NCBI GenBank assembly: GCA_037045155.1
Contig: JBAOIG010000002.1
Span: 534,433-598,432 of the forward strand
Direction: 5' to 3'
Length of the DNA: 64,000 nt
Source: Thermomicrobiales bacterium
GTDB taxonomy: Bacteria > Chloroflexota > Chloroflexia > Thermomicrobiales > CFX8
Shown: piece after piece, positions 1-8,702 of the stretch
Numbering within the stretch: the first letter of the stretch is position 1
Layout of the letters: each line of letters starts with the position of its first letter
Made by a program: the position numbers and the translations under genes
Notes under the pieces: generated by a model
Databases searched by the model: none
Seen by the model: only the letters and a program-made list of their open reading frames with translations
What the model was told of the DNA's origin: nothing

Positions 1-1
1 G

Positions 2-253
2 CTGCTGAAGGCATTCACCGACAACAAATACGAGCGTGAGATCGGCCCGGGCGTCTACGATGTCCACTCGCCGCAGATCCCCGAGACCGGCGAGATGGTC
101 GAACGGCTGCGCAACGCAACACGCGTTCTGGGCGCCGAACATCTGTGGGTCAACCCGGACTGCGGACTGAAGACGCGTGGCAATGCGGAAGTCTGGCCGA
201 GCCTGACCAATATGGTCGCAGCGGCGAAGGACCTTCGGAAAGCCGCAAGCTAG
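2..253 (+). CDS. metE: Cobalamin-independent methionine synthase, C-terminal fragment (5' end outside window)
   Basis: Open from the window edge in frame 2 to TAG 251-253. Translation ...[16 protein letters not shown]...[13 protein letters not shown]... is the conserved MetE C-terminal Zn/homocysteine region. Confidence 0.85.
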   Translation: MLKAFTDNKYEREIGPGVYDVHSPQIPETGEMVERLRNATRVLGAEHLWVNPDCGLKTRGNAEVWPSLTNMVAAAKDLRKAAS

Positions 254-280
254 CGCCAACACGATGATGCGCTGACTCGT

Positions 281-311
281 AGCGGCCCCGGCACGATATG
301 CCGGGGCCGCT
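281..311 (+). terminator. Stem-loop after metE (12-bp GC stem AGCGGCCCCGGC / GCCGGGGCCGCT, 7-nt loop)
   Basis: Perfect inverted repeat read directly, 28 nt after the metE stop, followed by GTCGTGT. The track ATG at 298 lies inside this hairpin. Confidence 0.5.
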
Positions 312-336
312 GTCGTGTAACGAAGGAGGCAGGACG

Positions 337-1215
337 ATGACCGACGAAGAACGCCGCGACGCCGGCACACGGACGATCAGGCTGCTAGCGATCGCGCGTG
401 GGCTGGAGGACGAGGGGCAGTACAACATCGCCCGTCTGTTCCGCGCGGCGGCTTTCGGAGAGGGAGCACGGGCGACGATTGTGCGACCTCGGCCGGCCAG
501 CGGCCTCTACGAAGAGATGGACGCCGCGATCGCCGACCTCCGCGCGACCGGACGGAACGCGATTGCGGGCGCGATGGCACACGCACTGGAAACGGCGCGG
601 GCCGGCGGCATCCCGACGCTGGAGGACACCCCGCTGACCTTCGTCTGCCGCTCGTGCGGAGAGATCATGCTCGGCGAGAAGCAGGCCGTCTGTCCTGTTT
701 GCCGGGCGCGCCGGCTGACCTTTGAGCCGTCGCCCTCCGTCTGGTACGCCACGCCCCTCGCGCCATCGGAGATCCTGTCGGCGATGGAGGAGAACCTGGC
801 TGATATTCAGACGATCACTGCGGGTGTCAGCGATGCCCGCGCCGACGATGGTGTCTGGCCGCTGCGTGCGATTCTCGAACATCTTCTGGGCGCGGAGCGC
901 CTGTTGGTCGGCCGCGCCGCGCGGATGCTCGACGAGGATGAGCCGCAACTCGAGTCGATCGATCCAAACGACATCGGCGCAACCGACGAGTCGCTATCGC
1001 CGCCGGTGGCGGCGCTACTGGAGGATCTGGCCGAGGCACGGCTGGGAACGGTCGCGCAGTTTGCCGCGATTGTGCCCGAGGCGTGGAGTCGCGCGGGTAT
1101 CCACCCCGAGTTCGGCCGCCTGACCGTCACGCAGCAACTCTCATACCTGGTGAGGCATGAGCAATGGCATCTCGCCGAGTTGGAGGAGCGTTGCCGAGAG
1201 GCGCGCGACGTGTAG
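337..1215 (+). CDS. Fusion protein: rubrerythrin-like helical N-domain + CxxC..CxxC zinc ribbon + DinB-family C-domain
   Basis: ATG 337 is preceded by GAAGGAGG. N-part has LEDEGQYNIARLFRAAAFGE. Ribbon is CRSCG...CPVCRA. C-part has WPLRAILEHLLGAE...LVRHEQWHLAEL, which is DinB-like. Confidence 0.6.
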   Translation: MTDEERRDAGTRTIRLLAIARGLEDEGQYNIARLFRAAAFGEGARATIVRPRPASGLYEEMDAAIADLRATGRNAIAGAMAHALETARAGGIPTLEDTPLTFVCRSCGEIMLGEKQAVCPVCRARRLTFEPSPSVWYATPLAPSEILSAMEENLADIQTITAGVSDARADDGVWPLRAILEHLLGAERLLVGRAARMLDEDEPQLESIDPNDIGATDESLSPPVAALLEDLAEARLGTVAQFAAIVPEAWSRAGIHPEFGRLTVTQQLSYLVRHEQWHLAELEERCREARDV

Positions 1216-1252
1216 CGCGGGCAGGCTCCTGGCCCGCCCGCGCGCATGCGTT

Positions 1253-1873
1253 CTAGCTGGACGATTCGCTGTGCTTCCTGTGGCCGGGGAAGTCATCGTT
1301 GGCATCCGGAGTGTCTGCGCCCGGCGCGTACTGGCCGAGGACTCCGGCGCTGCTCCCGGCAGTCGAGCCGGTGTTGCCCTCGTAGCCCGCGCCCGGCGTC
1401 ATACCGGTGGCGGTGCCGAGGCTGGTTGCCACACCCGCGCCGGAGCCGGTGCTGCCGTCGAGGAATGGGTGATGGCCAGCCGTCGGGTGCTGGACTCCCG
1501 TATATTCGAATCCACTGAGGATGACGGTGTGTGCCAGCTCCGCCTTGTCGCCAGCGTCGATGCTGAGGAGGATGTGCCCCTTGGCGGTCTCCGGCTGAAG
1601 CCCGGGCGTCTCGGCGGGTGGTTCATGCCCACGGATACGCTCAATGAAGTCGCCAATGGCCTCGCGGGCTTGCTCGAAGAATCCCTCACGCGAGAGTTCT
1701 TCGGTCTGATCCTCGATCGCCTTGAGCGCGGCCTCATCGGCGCTTGCGAGCCGGATCTGGTCAGCAGTGAACCCGGCCGCTCGAAGCCCCTGGATCGTTC
1801 GCACAACGTCCTCGGGATTGGTGAAGTCCTGAACGATGATACCTGGCTTACTTGTCGATTCCCCAGCGCTCAT
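1253..1873 (-). CDS. Hypothetical protein with YflT/GSP17M-like N-domain and Gly/Thr/Ala-rich tail
   Basis: ATG at 1873 is preceded by GGAGG. IIVQDFTNPEDVVRTIQGLRAAGFTADQIRL resembles general-stress YflT domains. The upstream part of the track ORF was rejected. Confidence 0.5.
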   Translation of the reverse strand: MSAGESTSKPGIIVQDFTNPEDVVRTIQGLRAAGFTADQIRLASADEAALKAIEDQTEELSREGFFEQAREAIGDFIERIRGHEPPAETPGLQPETAKGHILLSIDAGDKAELAHTVILSGFEYTGVQHPTAGHHPFLDGSTGSGAGVATSLGTATGMTPGAGYEGNTGSTAGSSAGVLGQYAPGADTPDANDDFPGHRKHSESSS

Positions 1874-2021
1874 GACTGGCCTCCATCGTAATCGCGCTCT
1901 GGCGCTCAGACCCGGAGATGCGTTCGGAATTATCTGTTGTAACTGAACGAAAGGCAATGCACCGCTGGACGAATCTGGCAAACAGATTGTGAACTTCTGA
2001 CAGGTCGATCGAGCGGGCTGG

Positions 2022-2441
2022 TCATGGCGGCGGCTCCTCGATCGTGGTGACCTCGATCAGGATTCCCCAGAGGGGGCTGATGCGCAGGACTCCGGCGACG
2101 TTGACCGGCCGGCCGACCAGCTGATCGAGACGCGACTGGTCGACCCCGCTGATGCCGACTCGATGATGAAGCGCGTCCTCGACGGCGTAGTGCTGGAGTG
2201 GGGCGCCGGCCAGAAAGACGCGCAGCGTCCCCTGCACCGACACATGCCGGCCGTCGTATGCCTCCGGCCGCAGCCAGAGCTCGCGGATGGTCACATCCTC
2301 CGCTGGACGATCGAGCCCGAGGGCGATCAACGCGAGCGCGACGGCTACGACCACAAGAAAGCCGACGCCGACGATCGCGCGCCCCGGGTCGCCCGCCGAC
2401 CGTGGTTGGGGAGCAATCATCGCGGGCTGCCGCCCCGCCAC
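2022..2441 (-). CDS. Hypothetical single-pass membrane-anchored protein
   Basis: 139-aa ORF with one hydrophobic helix (AIVGVGFLVVVAVALALIALGL) followed by a soluble domain. No family recognised. Confidence 0.45.
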   Translation of the reverse strand: MAGRQPAMIAPQPRSAGDPGRAIVGVGFLVVVAVALALIALGLDRPAEDVTIRELWLRPEAYDGRHVSVQGTLRVFLAGAPLQHYAVEDALHHRVGISGVDQSRLDQLVGRPVNVAGVLRISPLWGILIEVTTIEEPPP

Positions 2442-2986
2442 TCGGACCGAAGTTGCGCGTACAGCTTCATGTCGCGAAACACTCCCTTGACAAAGATCTG
2501 CTGCCGCATGAGGCCCTCGTACGACATGCCGAGCTTCTGCATGACGCGTTCGGAGGCCGCGTTTTCCGCCTCGCAGCGTGCCTCAACGCGGTTGAGCTCC
2601 AGATCGTGAAAGGCATAGCGCAGGATGGCCTGGCCCGCCTCGGTCGTCAGCCCCTGCCTCCAGAGCGGCCGGCCAAGCCAGTAGCCGACCTCGCCGCGAA
2701 GATGGGGCCAGACGACGGTAAGGCCGAACGCGCCGACGACCATGCCTGTCTCATGGAGCACCATCGCCCACGGGCCGCCGGTCCCCTCCTCGTAGCGGGT
2801 CAGCGCCCAGTCGAGAAATCGGCGCGTATCGTCGATCGATCGGTGCGGATCCCATGAGGTCAGCCGGGCAACTTCGGGGTCTCGGCAGTAGCGGTAGATA
2901 TCGTCTTCGTCGGCCGGGTTGAATCTGCGGAGCAGCAGCCGTTCGGTCTCGAGCTCTGGCGTATCGAGTGTTTGCGATTCGCGCAT
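2417..2986 (-). CDS. GNAT family N-acetyltransferase (RimJ/RimL-like)
   Basis: TERLLLRRF...GEVGYWLGRPLWRQGLTTEA...RVEARCEAENAASERVMQKLGM is a typical Acetyltransf_3 pattern. Confidence 0.85.
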   Translation of the reverse strand: MRESQTLDTPELETERLLLRRFNPADEDDIYRYCRDPEVARLTSWDPHRSIDDTRRFLDWALTRYEEGTGGPWAMVLHETGMVVGAFGLTVVWPHLRGEVGYWLGRPLWRQGLTTEAGQAILRYAFHDLELNRVEARCEAENAASERVMQKLGMSYEGLMRQQIFVKGVFRDMKLYAQLRSEWRGGSPR

Positions 2987-3145
2987 GATCGCGCCTCCAT
3001 CGTCTGCGGCCGGATTGTGCCACGGACCGGGCCGACACGAATTGTCACGATACGTATATGCCCCGGGCTTGGCGCGTCATGCGACTGTCACGCGCGGTGC
3101 GATATCGTGGAGGGCAGGTAGCGATCGGGCGAAAAGGGCGACGAG

Positions 3146-3451
3146 ATGAACGATGCTGGAAACTGGAGCAACGACTGTAACGATCTGCTGGCGAAGCTTG
3201 CCGGGTCGTGGCACGGAACACGGACCGAGAGCATCCTCGTAGCGCGCTACCCCGATCATCACAATGTTCTCTGGTTTTCGGGGCTTCGCTCCCCGATCGA
3301 CACAAGTGAAGAGGCGATCGATCAACTCGTCGCCGACGGATATCTCAGCTGGGACGAATCTCCCCGGCCGCTGCGCCGGCTCCGGCTGACCCCTGCCGGG
3401 ATGGTTCACGCGCGCTCTGCCGGGAAAGCCTACTCGGCCGGCCGGGACTGA
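3146..3451 (+). CDS. Hypothetical small protein
   Basis: 101-aa ORF with non-shadow-like composition. No family recognised. Confidence 0.3.
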   Translation: MNDAGNWSNDCNDLLAKLAGSWHGTRTESILVARYPDHHNVLWFSGLRSPIDTSEEAIDQLVADGYLSWDESPRPLRRLRLTPAGMVHARSAGKAYSAGRD

Positions 3452-3999
3452 GCCGCTCGTCTCCTCGCGATCCGTTGCTGGATGGCCACGTTGGCGCGGG
3501 CTGCGCCGATATCCGCGAGGCGCCGCGCGCTGGGCAGCCAGCATCGAGGCTGCTCATCCATCAGCGCGAGGACGCCCACGACCTGATATCCCGTCCCAAG
3601 AAGCGGCATCCCCAGCCATGCGCTAATACCCCTGTCCACCATCGCCATCGGCGCCACATCGCGCGGCGAGTCTCGGGCGCCGTCGATGATCACCGGCTGG
3701 CCGGAGGCGACGACGAGCAGGCTGCGCGACCGCGCGAGGGGTGCTTCATGGAGTGTCCGCCACGGTTCGGGCAGGCCGACGCTGCTCGTGAAGACCATGC
3801 GATAAGCATCGACAATGATGATGGCGCAGATCGGCGCAATGCCCTCGCGTGTCATTCCCTGCACGATCTCGTCGAGCGCAGCTTCGCCAACCGTGCCGAG
3901 CAGGCCGGTGGACGCGACGACATCCAGCCGGGCTGGGTCGGCGATCGCTCTGTAATCGAGACTGAACGATTGAGGGTGGGAGGGACGATCGAGATCCAT
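3430..3999 (-). CDS. GAF domain protein
   Basis: Internal ATG 3999 (MDLDRPS...). ICAIIIVDAYRMVFTSSVGL...GMPLLGTGYQVVGVLALMD matches the GAF fold pattern. Start is uncertain. Confidence 0.6.
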   Translation of the reverse strand: MDLDRPSHPQSFSLDYRAIADPARLDVVASTGLLGTVGEAALDEIVQGMTREGIAPICAIIIVDAYRMVFTSSVGLPEPWRTLHEAPLARSRSLLVVASGQPVIIDGARDSPRDVAPMAMVDRGISAWLGMPLLGTGYQVVGVLALMDEQPRCWLPSARRLADIGAARANVAIQQRIARRRAAQSRPAE

Positions 4000-4100
4000 G
4001 CAATCAAGTCTGCAGCCAGATCTGTTACAGCCTGGTTGCAATACCGCCATCCAGCGTATCAATGTCGTGACAATTGACCCGAGGCGCGTAGCCGGAGCGG

Positions 4101-4580
4101 CTAGCTGATTCGCACGCGTGGCTGGCGAAGGGGTTTGACCCAGTCGCCGCTGCCGGCGCGGCACTCAACGCGGGCATTGATCGTCTTCGCTCCGTCGCCG
4201 GTGAGGGAGTCAATCGGCCATGGGCCGGGGTCGAGCGCGACATCAAAGCTGCCGTCGCTGTTGACCGTCGCGCGTCCCAGCCGCTGATGACCGTCGACGG
4301 CCCGACAGGTGACCGTTGCGCCAGCCTGGGCAGCGGCCGGTTGTCCGTTGATGTTGGCGACGGCCGTCTGACCAGCTGGATACGAGAGCTCCAGTGTCAA
4401 CAGCCGCGCGTCGAGCGAGCTTCCGCCGGATCCAGCGCGAGCGACGAGGACGAGGATGATAACGAGCGCGCCGGCAAACAGCCCGAGCGCCAACAGTAGC
4501 GGGCGAGATGCCCAGAATGGTGTGCTACCAGCTTCGGTGGTTGCTGGATCCGGTGTTGTCGGTTCGATCTGCGGGTCCAC
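4101..4580 (-). CDS. Hypothetical membrane-anchored extracytoplasmic protein
   Basis: N-terminal TM (LLLALGLFAGALVIILVLV) followed by a beta-rich domain with 2 Cys. No family recognised. Confidence 0.45.
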   Translation of the reverse strand: MDPQIEPTTPDPATTEAGSTPFWASRPLLLALGLFAGALVIILVLVARAGSGGSSLDARLLTLELSYPAGQTAVANINGQPAAAQAGATVTCRAVDGHQRLGRATVNSDGSFDVALDPGPWPIDSLTGDGAKTINARVECRAGSGDWVKPLRQPRVRIS

Positions 4581-4706
4581 GACACTCCCTCGTTGCGCCG
4601 AGAGTGTGCCACGCCGCGGCCGGCCGGGGGATTGCTCCCCAGCCGGCCATCGCGTCCAGTTTGCCCCACAGAAATGTCTGTGTGTCGCTTACCCGCGCCG
4701 GACGCC

Positions 4707-5816
4707 TTACTCCTCGACGATGAAGACCGTTACCATCCCGAACATCCCGTGTGCCGACTCGGCGTGCGAGAGGATATGGCAGTGGAACGCCCAGGCGCCG
4801 ACCTCGGTGGCGTCGACGATGACGTCGAAGCGCTGCCCGGGGGCGATGTTGAGCGTGTCGCAGTAGTAGGGCTGCGGCAGAACCCAGCCATCCTGGGCCA
4901 CGACGAGCTGTGGCATGCCGTGCAGGTGCATCGGGTGAATCATCAGGCCTTCGTTCATATAGCGGATGAAGACCTTCTCACCCTTCTTCGCGGTGACCGG
5001 CTGGGTCGCCGGGAAGCTCTTGCCATTCAGCGTGAACCCGCCGATCGGGCCGTCGTTGAGGATGATCGTGTATTCGCGGTCGAACTCGCCGTACTTCTTG
5101 GGGTCCTTCGGCTCGATGATGAATGCGCCCAGGAGGCCCTTGGTCACCTGCTCGGCCGCGTTGTGGTGCGAGTGGTACATGTTCGAGCCGGTGTTGCCCG
5201 CGCGGAGCTGGAACTCGTAGACGAACTCGGCGCCCGGCTTGATCGGCGGCTGCGTAATGAATGGCACGCCGTCCATGTTGTTCGGGATTATCAGCCCGTG
5301 CCAGTGGACCGCCGTGCTCTCTGGTAGGTTATTGGTCACATGGACGCGGACCTTGTCTTCCTCGGTGACGCGGATCTCCGGGCCAGGGATGACGCCGTTG
5401 TAGGCGTAGCCATCGGCGTACTGCCCGGGCGCGTATTCCCATTTGACCGGGTCGCAAGTCAGACGGAAGACCTTGACATCCCCGTCCATCTCATGCTCGA
5501 GTGGCTGGCCGCCGAGTCCCTCGGTCGGGGCCGGAAACGACTTGATCCCGGCCTCGTGCATCGCATCCATGTCGTCGACGGTCGAGCCGTCGGCGACAGG
5601 CGTCGCTGCGCCGCTGGCCATATGATCGTCGTGGCCAGGATTGGTGGCGCCGCCCGGCGCGGACGAGGCGACGACCGGGATACCGTGGATAACTTCGCGG
5701 TCGGGATTGGCAGCGGCGCCGAAGACAGCGGCTGACGCCGCGCCGATTCCGGCCGCGCTGACGAGCCCAACGAAGTTGCGCCGCGTAATCCGGCTTGTCT
5801 CGTTCTTGATCGACAT
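4707..5816 (-). CDS. Compact Tat-exported multicopper oxidase (laccase-like, about 369 aa)
   Basis: ATG 5816 after GGGGG. Twin-arginine signal SRITRRNFVGLVSAAG. All four Cu motifs are present: HWHG, MYHSHH, HPMHLHG, HCHILSHAESAHGM. The 155 upstream codons of the track ORF are Arg-rich shadow sequence. Confidence 0.9.
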   Translation of the reverse strand: MSIKNETSRITRRNFVGLVSAAGIGAASAAVFGAAANPDREVIHGIPVVASSAPGGATNPGHDDHMASGAATPVADGSTVDDMDAMHEAGIKSFPAPTEGLGGQPLEHEMDGDVKVFRLTCDPVKWEYAPGQYADGYAYNGVIPGPEIRVTEEDKVRVHVTNNLPESTAVHWHGLIIPNNMDGVPFITQPPIKPGAEFVYEFQLRAGNTGSNMYHSHHNAAEQVTKGLLGAFIIEPKDPKKYGEFDREYTIILNDGPIGGFTLNGKSFPATQPVTAKKGEKVFIRYMNEGLMIHPMHLHGMPQLVVAQDGWVLPQPYYCDTLNIAPGQRFDVIVDATEVGAWAFHCHILSHAESAHGMFGMVTVFIVEE

Positions 5817-5869
5817 CGTGTGATTGCCCCCTTCGAGTGAAGCTGCGCCACTGATCTGTGGAACGCCTG

Positions 5870-6376
5870 TTATTTCGACTCTCGCCTGGGCGCGTTCCCC
5901 AGCCCGGGCGTGTCGAGATTCAGAATGTGCCGGCCAGGATGCCCCTGCTGGCGTCTTGACAACGCGACCGATCGCCGATCGGCGACAAGCGGCAGGATCC
6001 ATCGGTCCAGACCGATACCGCCCGCGTAGCGCCAGGCGAGCACGAGGCCGATCGCCAGCAGCGCGACGATCGGATCCGCGCTCGCCAGCCCGGATGTCGC
6101 CGCCAATCCCAGCCCGGCAAGTGCCGATAGCCCGGTCAGAAGCCCGAGGAGGATCGCGATCCCGATGAGCGTCTGCCCAACCGTCAGGGTGGCGGCGAGC
6201 TGGTGCGCGCCGCCGACAGTGTCGCGGCCGGCGTCGAGCCAGTACCAGCCAACCCATATTCGGACGGCAAGCCAGAGCCACGGCGAGCGGACTGATGCTC
6301 GCAGTGCTGCGCTGGGTCGTGTCGTCAGGTTCGGAGTGATGCGCTGGATACTGGTTCTCAGGATGGTTTGCCGCAC
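5870..6376 (-). CDS. DoxX-like small membrane protein (start uncertain, GTG 6376 proposed)
   Basis: WLWLAVRIWVGWYWLDAG...IGIAILLGLLTGLSALAGL...GLDRWILP resembles DoxX/TQO-type membrane proteins. No ATG start is available. Confidence 0.45.
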   Translation of the reverse strand: MRQTILRTSIQRITPNLTTRPSAALRASVRSPWLWLAVRIWVGWYWLDAGRDTVGGAHQLAATLTVGQTLIGIAILLGLLTGLSALAGLGLAATSGLASADPIVALLAIGLVLAWRYAGGIGLDRWILPLVADRRSVALSRRQQGHPGRHILNLDTPGLGNAPRRESK

Positions 6377-6509
6377 AATCGCGCTTCGTGGGCGCGCCTG
6401 ATCGCGCGCACCTAATCGTGCAACCGCGCAGGTGGCGTATGACACGACCGGGTGGGTAGTTTTCTGTATGCGGGGCGGGGTAGGCCTGCCTATTCGACGG
6501 GGTAGGGAA

Positions 6510-7169
6510 TCAGTTGCTATCGAGATCAGGCGGGGAGACGAGTTGATGACGCAGGGCATAAGCAACGACCTGTGCGCGATTCTCCAGGTGGAGCTTCGCC
6601 AGAATATTGCGCAGGTGGTATTTCACCGTGTTCTCGCTGATGACCAGTCGCTCCGCCAGCTCGCGATTCGACGTGATCCCCTGCACGAGCAGCTTCAGCA
6701 CGTCGCGCTCACGATCGGTCAGTTGGGTCGATGGGCGTTCCGGGCGCGGAGTGTCTGGCTGGGCGAACTCGTCGAGTAGCTTACGAGCGAGGCCAGGGGT
6801 GAGGGCCGGCTCGCCGCGGATGACGCCGTCGAGCAGCTCAAAGAGTCGCTGCGCCTCGATGTCCTTCGGCAGGAACCCCTGTGCGCCGGACTTGATCGCT
6901 TCGAACAGGTCCGCATCGTCTTCGGACGCCGTCAGGACGACGACGCGAACGTCCGGCAGATCGGCGCTGATGATCCGCGTCGCTGCTAGCCCGCCGGCGT
7001 CCGGCATGGCGAGGTCCATCAGAACGATTTCGGGCTGCTCGCTCCGCGCTAGTTCGACTGCCTCGCGGCCGTTCTTCGCCTCGGCGACAACATCGATACC
7101 GCGCGCCTCCAGCAGGCTGCGCAGCCCATCCCGAAACAGCGCATGATCGTCGGCAATCAGAACTCTCAT
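6510..7169 (-). CDS. NarL/FixJ-family response regulator (REC + LuxR HTH)
   Basis: MRVLIADDHALFRDG...DLAMPD...LTDRERDVLKLLVQGITSNRELAERLVISENTVKYH. Confidence 0.92.
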   Translation of the reverse strand: MRVLIADDHALFRDGLRSLLEARGIDVVAEAKNGREAVELARSEQPEIVLMDLAMPDAGGLAATRIISADLPDVRVVVLTASEDDADLFEAIKSGAQGFLPKDIEAQRLFELLDGVIRGEPALTPGLARKLLDEFAQPDTPRPERPSTQLTDRERDVLKLLVQGITSNRELAERLVISENTVKYHLRNILAKLHLENRAQVVAYALRHQLVSPPDLDSN

Positions 7170-7236
7170 CGGCTCCTCCCGGCGCGCGTAGCGTCGAGAG
7201 GAAGTGTGCCATTGACGGGCCGGGAGGAGCGGCTGA

Positions 7237-7974
7237 TTACGGCACTCGTTCGACGCTCAGCACCTCGACTTGCCATTGCACCTGACCGTCGGCCTCGGAG
7301 CGCCCGGTGATGGCCATCGGCGGTGTGATGTCGGTGCGGAAGGTCCAGGTCTCGACTTCGCGATAGGTGTCACCGTGCTCGCAGGCGGCTGGCTGGGGTA
7401 TCGGTGGGTGGCCAGGCTCCTGTACGGCGCACTTCACCGCCGGGAACACTTGCCGATAGACGGCGATGCCCGTTGTTTCACCCATACTGGCAACGAAGTG
7501 CTTCTGCTGAAGTACTGTCGCGAATCCGGGATGCAGCCAGCGCTCCGGCACTTCGATTCCTCCGGTCACTGGCTCTTCGTAAACCGATGCCTGACCCGTG
7601 CTTGCATCGATGGTGTCCGCATGGTGCTCACGATAGGTCGAGTCGTCGAACTCCATCACCGTGCCTGTCAGAGCCGGGTCATCGCGGCTCTCCAGTATTT
7701 CCTTTCGCCAGTGCCTGGCGTCCTCGTAGTCGAGCCGGATAACTGTGTTGCCCATGCGGTAGGTCACCGAGAGGCGCGGCCAGTCGCCTCTGACGGCTGG
7801 CTCTGAGAGGAAGGCACTTCCCTGTGTATCAGTCGATGGCAGCGACGATCCACTGCCAGCGACGTATTGCGACATAACGATGGCCATAACAAGTACGCTT
7901 GCTACGAGCAGCACCAGTCCGGCGGCGATGTTCTGACCACGTCCAATGCGTCGACGACGTGACGGCTGCATCAC
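7237..7974 (-). CDS. Hypothetical membrane-anchored extracytoplasmic protein
   Basis: N-terminal RRRR + TM (IAAGLVLLVASVLVMAIVM) then a soluble domain. Sits between the kinase and regulator genes. Confidence 0.5.
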   Translation of the reverse strand: MMQPSRRRRIGRGQNIAAGLVLLVASVLVMAIVMSQYVAGSGSSLPSTDTQGSAFLSEPAVRGDWPRLSVTYRMGNTVIRLDYEDARHWRKEILESRDDPALTGTVMEFDDSTYREHHADTIDASTGQASVYEEPVTGGIEVPERWLHPGFATVLQQKHFVASMGETTGIAVYRQVFPAVKCAVQEPGHPPIPQPAACEHGDTYREVETWTFRTDITPPMAITGRSEADGQVQWQVEVLSVERVP

Positions 7975-8037
7975 GATACCTCCTCGTAGATGCGCAATGT
8001 GCTATCGGCTTCTCCGAGTTCGAAGAGCGGGCGAAGA

Positions 8038-8520
8038 CTAGAAGTACCATATCCATGCGCCCGAGCCGGGAACATGCCAGTAGTATCCGCTTTCGTAGAA
8101 TTGAGCGGCATTCCGGACTCGCCAAGCATCACCTGCCATCGAATTCGAGACGCAATCGCAGCGCCAATAATCATATGTATCGTTGTAGTACCACGATCCA
8201 GAACTTGTCCGGTCGTTGTACCATGTCGAATCACCGGGCCACTGATAGTCATCTGAGAAGTATGCGTAGCGCCATCTCTCTGCCCCACACGTGTAGTTGT
8301 TGAACTCATCAATCTGGCATCCTCGGCTGCCCTTGTACAGACGACCGTTGATCGTTCTGCTAGTTCCGCTCGGTGCAGAGTATGAGATGTAGGCGCAGTA
8401 ATACTTCGTTTCGCAGTACGTCGACGTGTCCGTTGCTTTGGCCACCTGTGCTTGAGGCAGCAGTAGCCCAGCGGCGACGATGAGCAGACCAACGGCGATT
8501 CCGAGGAATCGTGAACCCAT
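8038..8520 (-). CDS. Secreted Tyr/Trp/Cys-rich small protein (160 aa), unknown family
   Basis: Signal peptide MGSRFLGIAVGLLIVAAGLLLPQAQVAKA. Hand count over the whole protein is 19 Tyr, 9 Trp, 6 Cys. The local DNA is visibly AT-richer than its flanks. Confidence 0.6.
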   Translation of the reverse strand: MGSRFLGIAVGLLIVAAGLLLPQAQVAKATDTSTYCETKYYCAYISYSAPSGTSRTINGRLYKGSRGCQIDEFNNYTCGAERWRYAYFSDDYQWPGDSTWYNDRTSSGSWYYNDTYDYWRCDCVSNSMAGDAWRVRNAAQFYESGYYWHVPGSGAWIWYF

Positions 8521-8702
8521 CTTCGACCTCCTGTTTCATGGGCACCATGAGCAGGGTGACGTCCTTGCAGGCATCCATGGTGTTCCTGCTCAGCCGGAGG
8601 ACTGGACGAATGAATTGCTCTCGGTGTACCAGAATGCGATGCTAGACGCAAATCCGGTCTGTGACGTCCGTATCATCACCGCTTGAACGCACGCATCGAT
8701 TC

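Noticed and set aside
1985-2005. Rex-box-like half site TTCACAA (minus strand) upstream of the 1253-1873 gene
   Set aside because: The partner half site TTGTGAA at the required spacing is missing.
5817-6281. 155-codon N-terminal extension of the multicopper oxidase ORF
   Set aside because: The extension is Arg-rich junk and overlaps the DoxX-like gene. The twin-arginine signal begins right after ATG 5816, which has a G-rich RBS.
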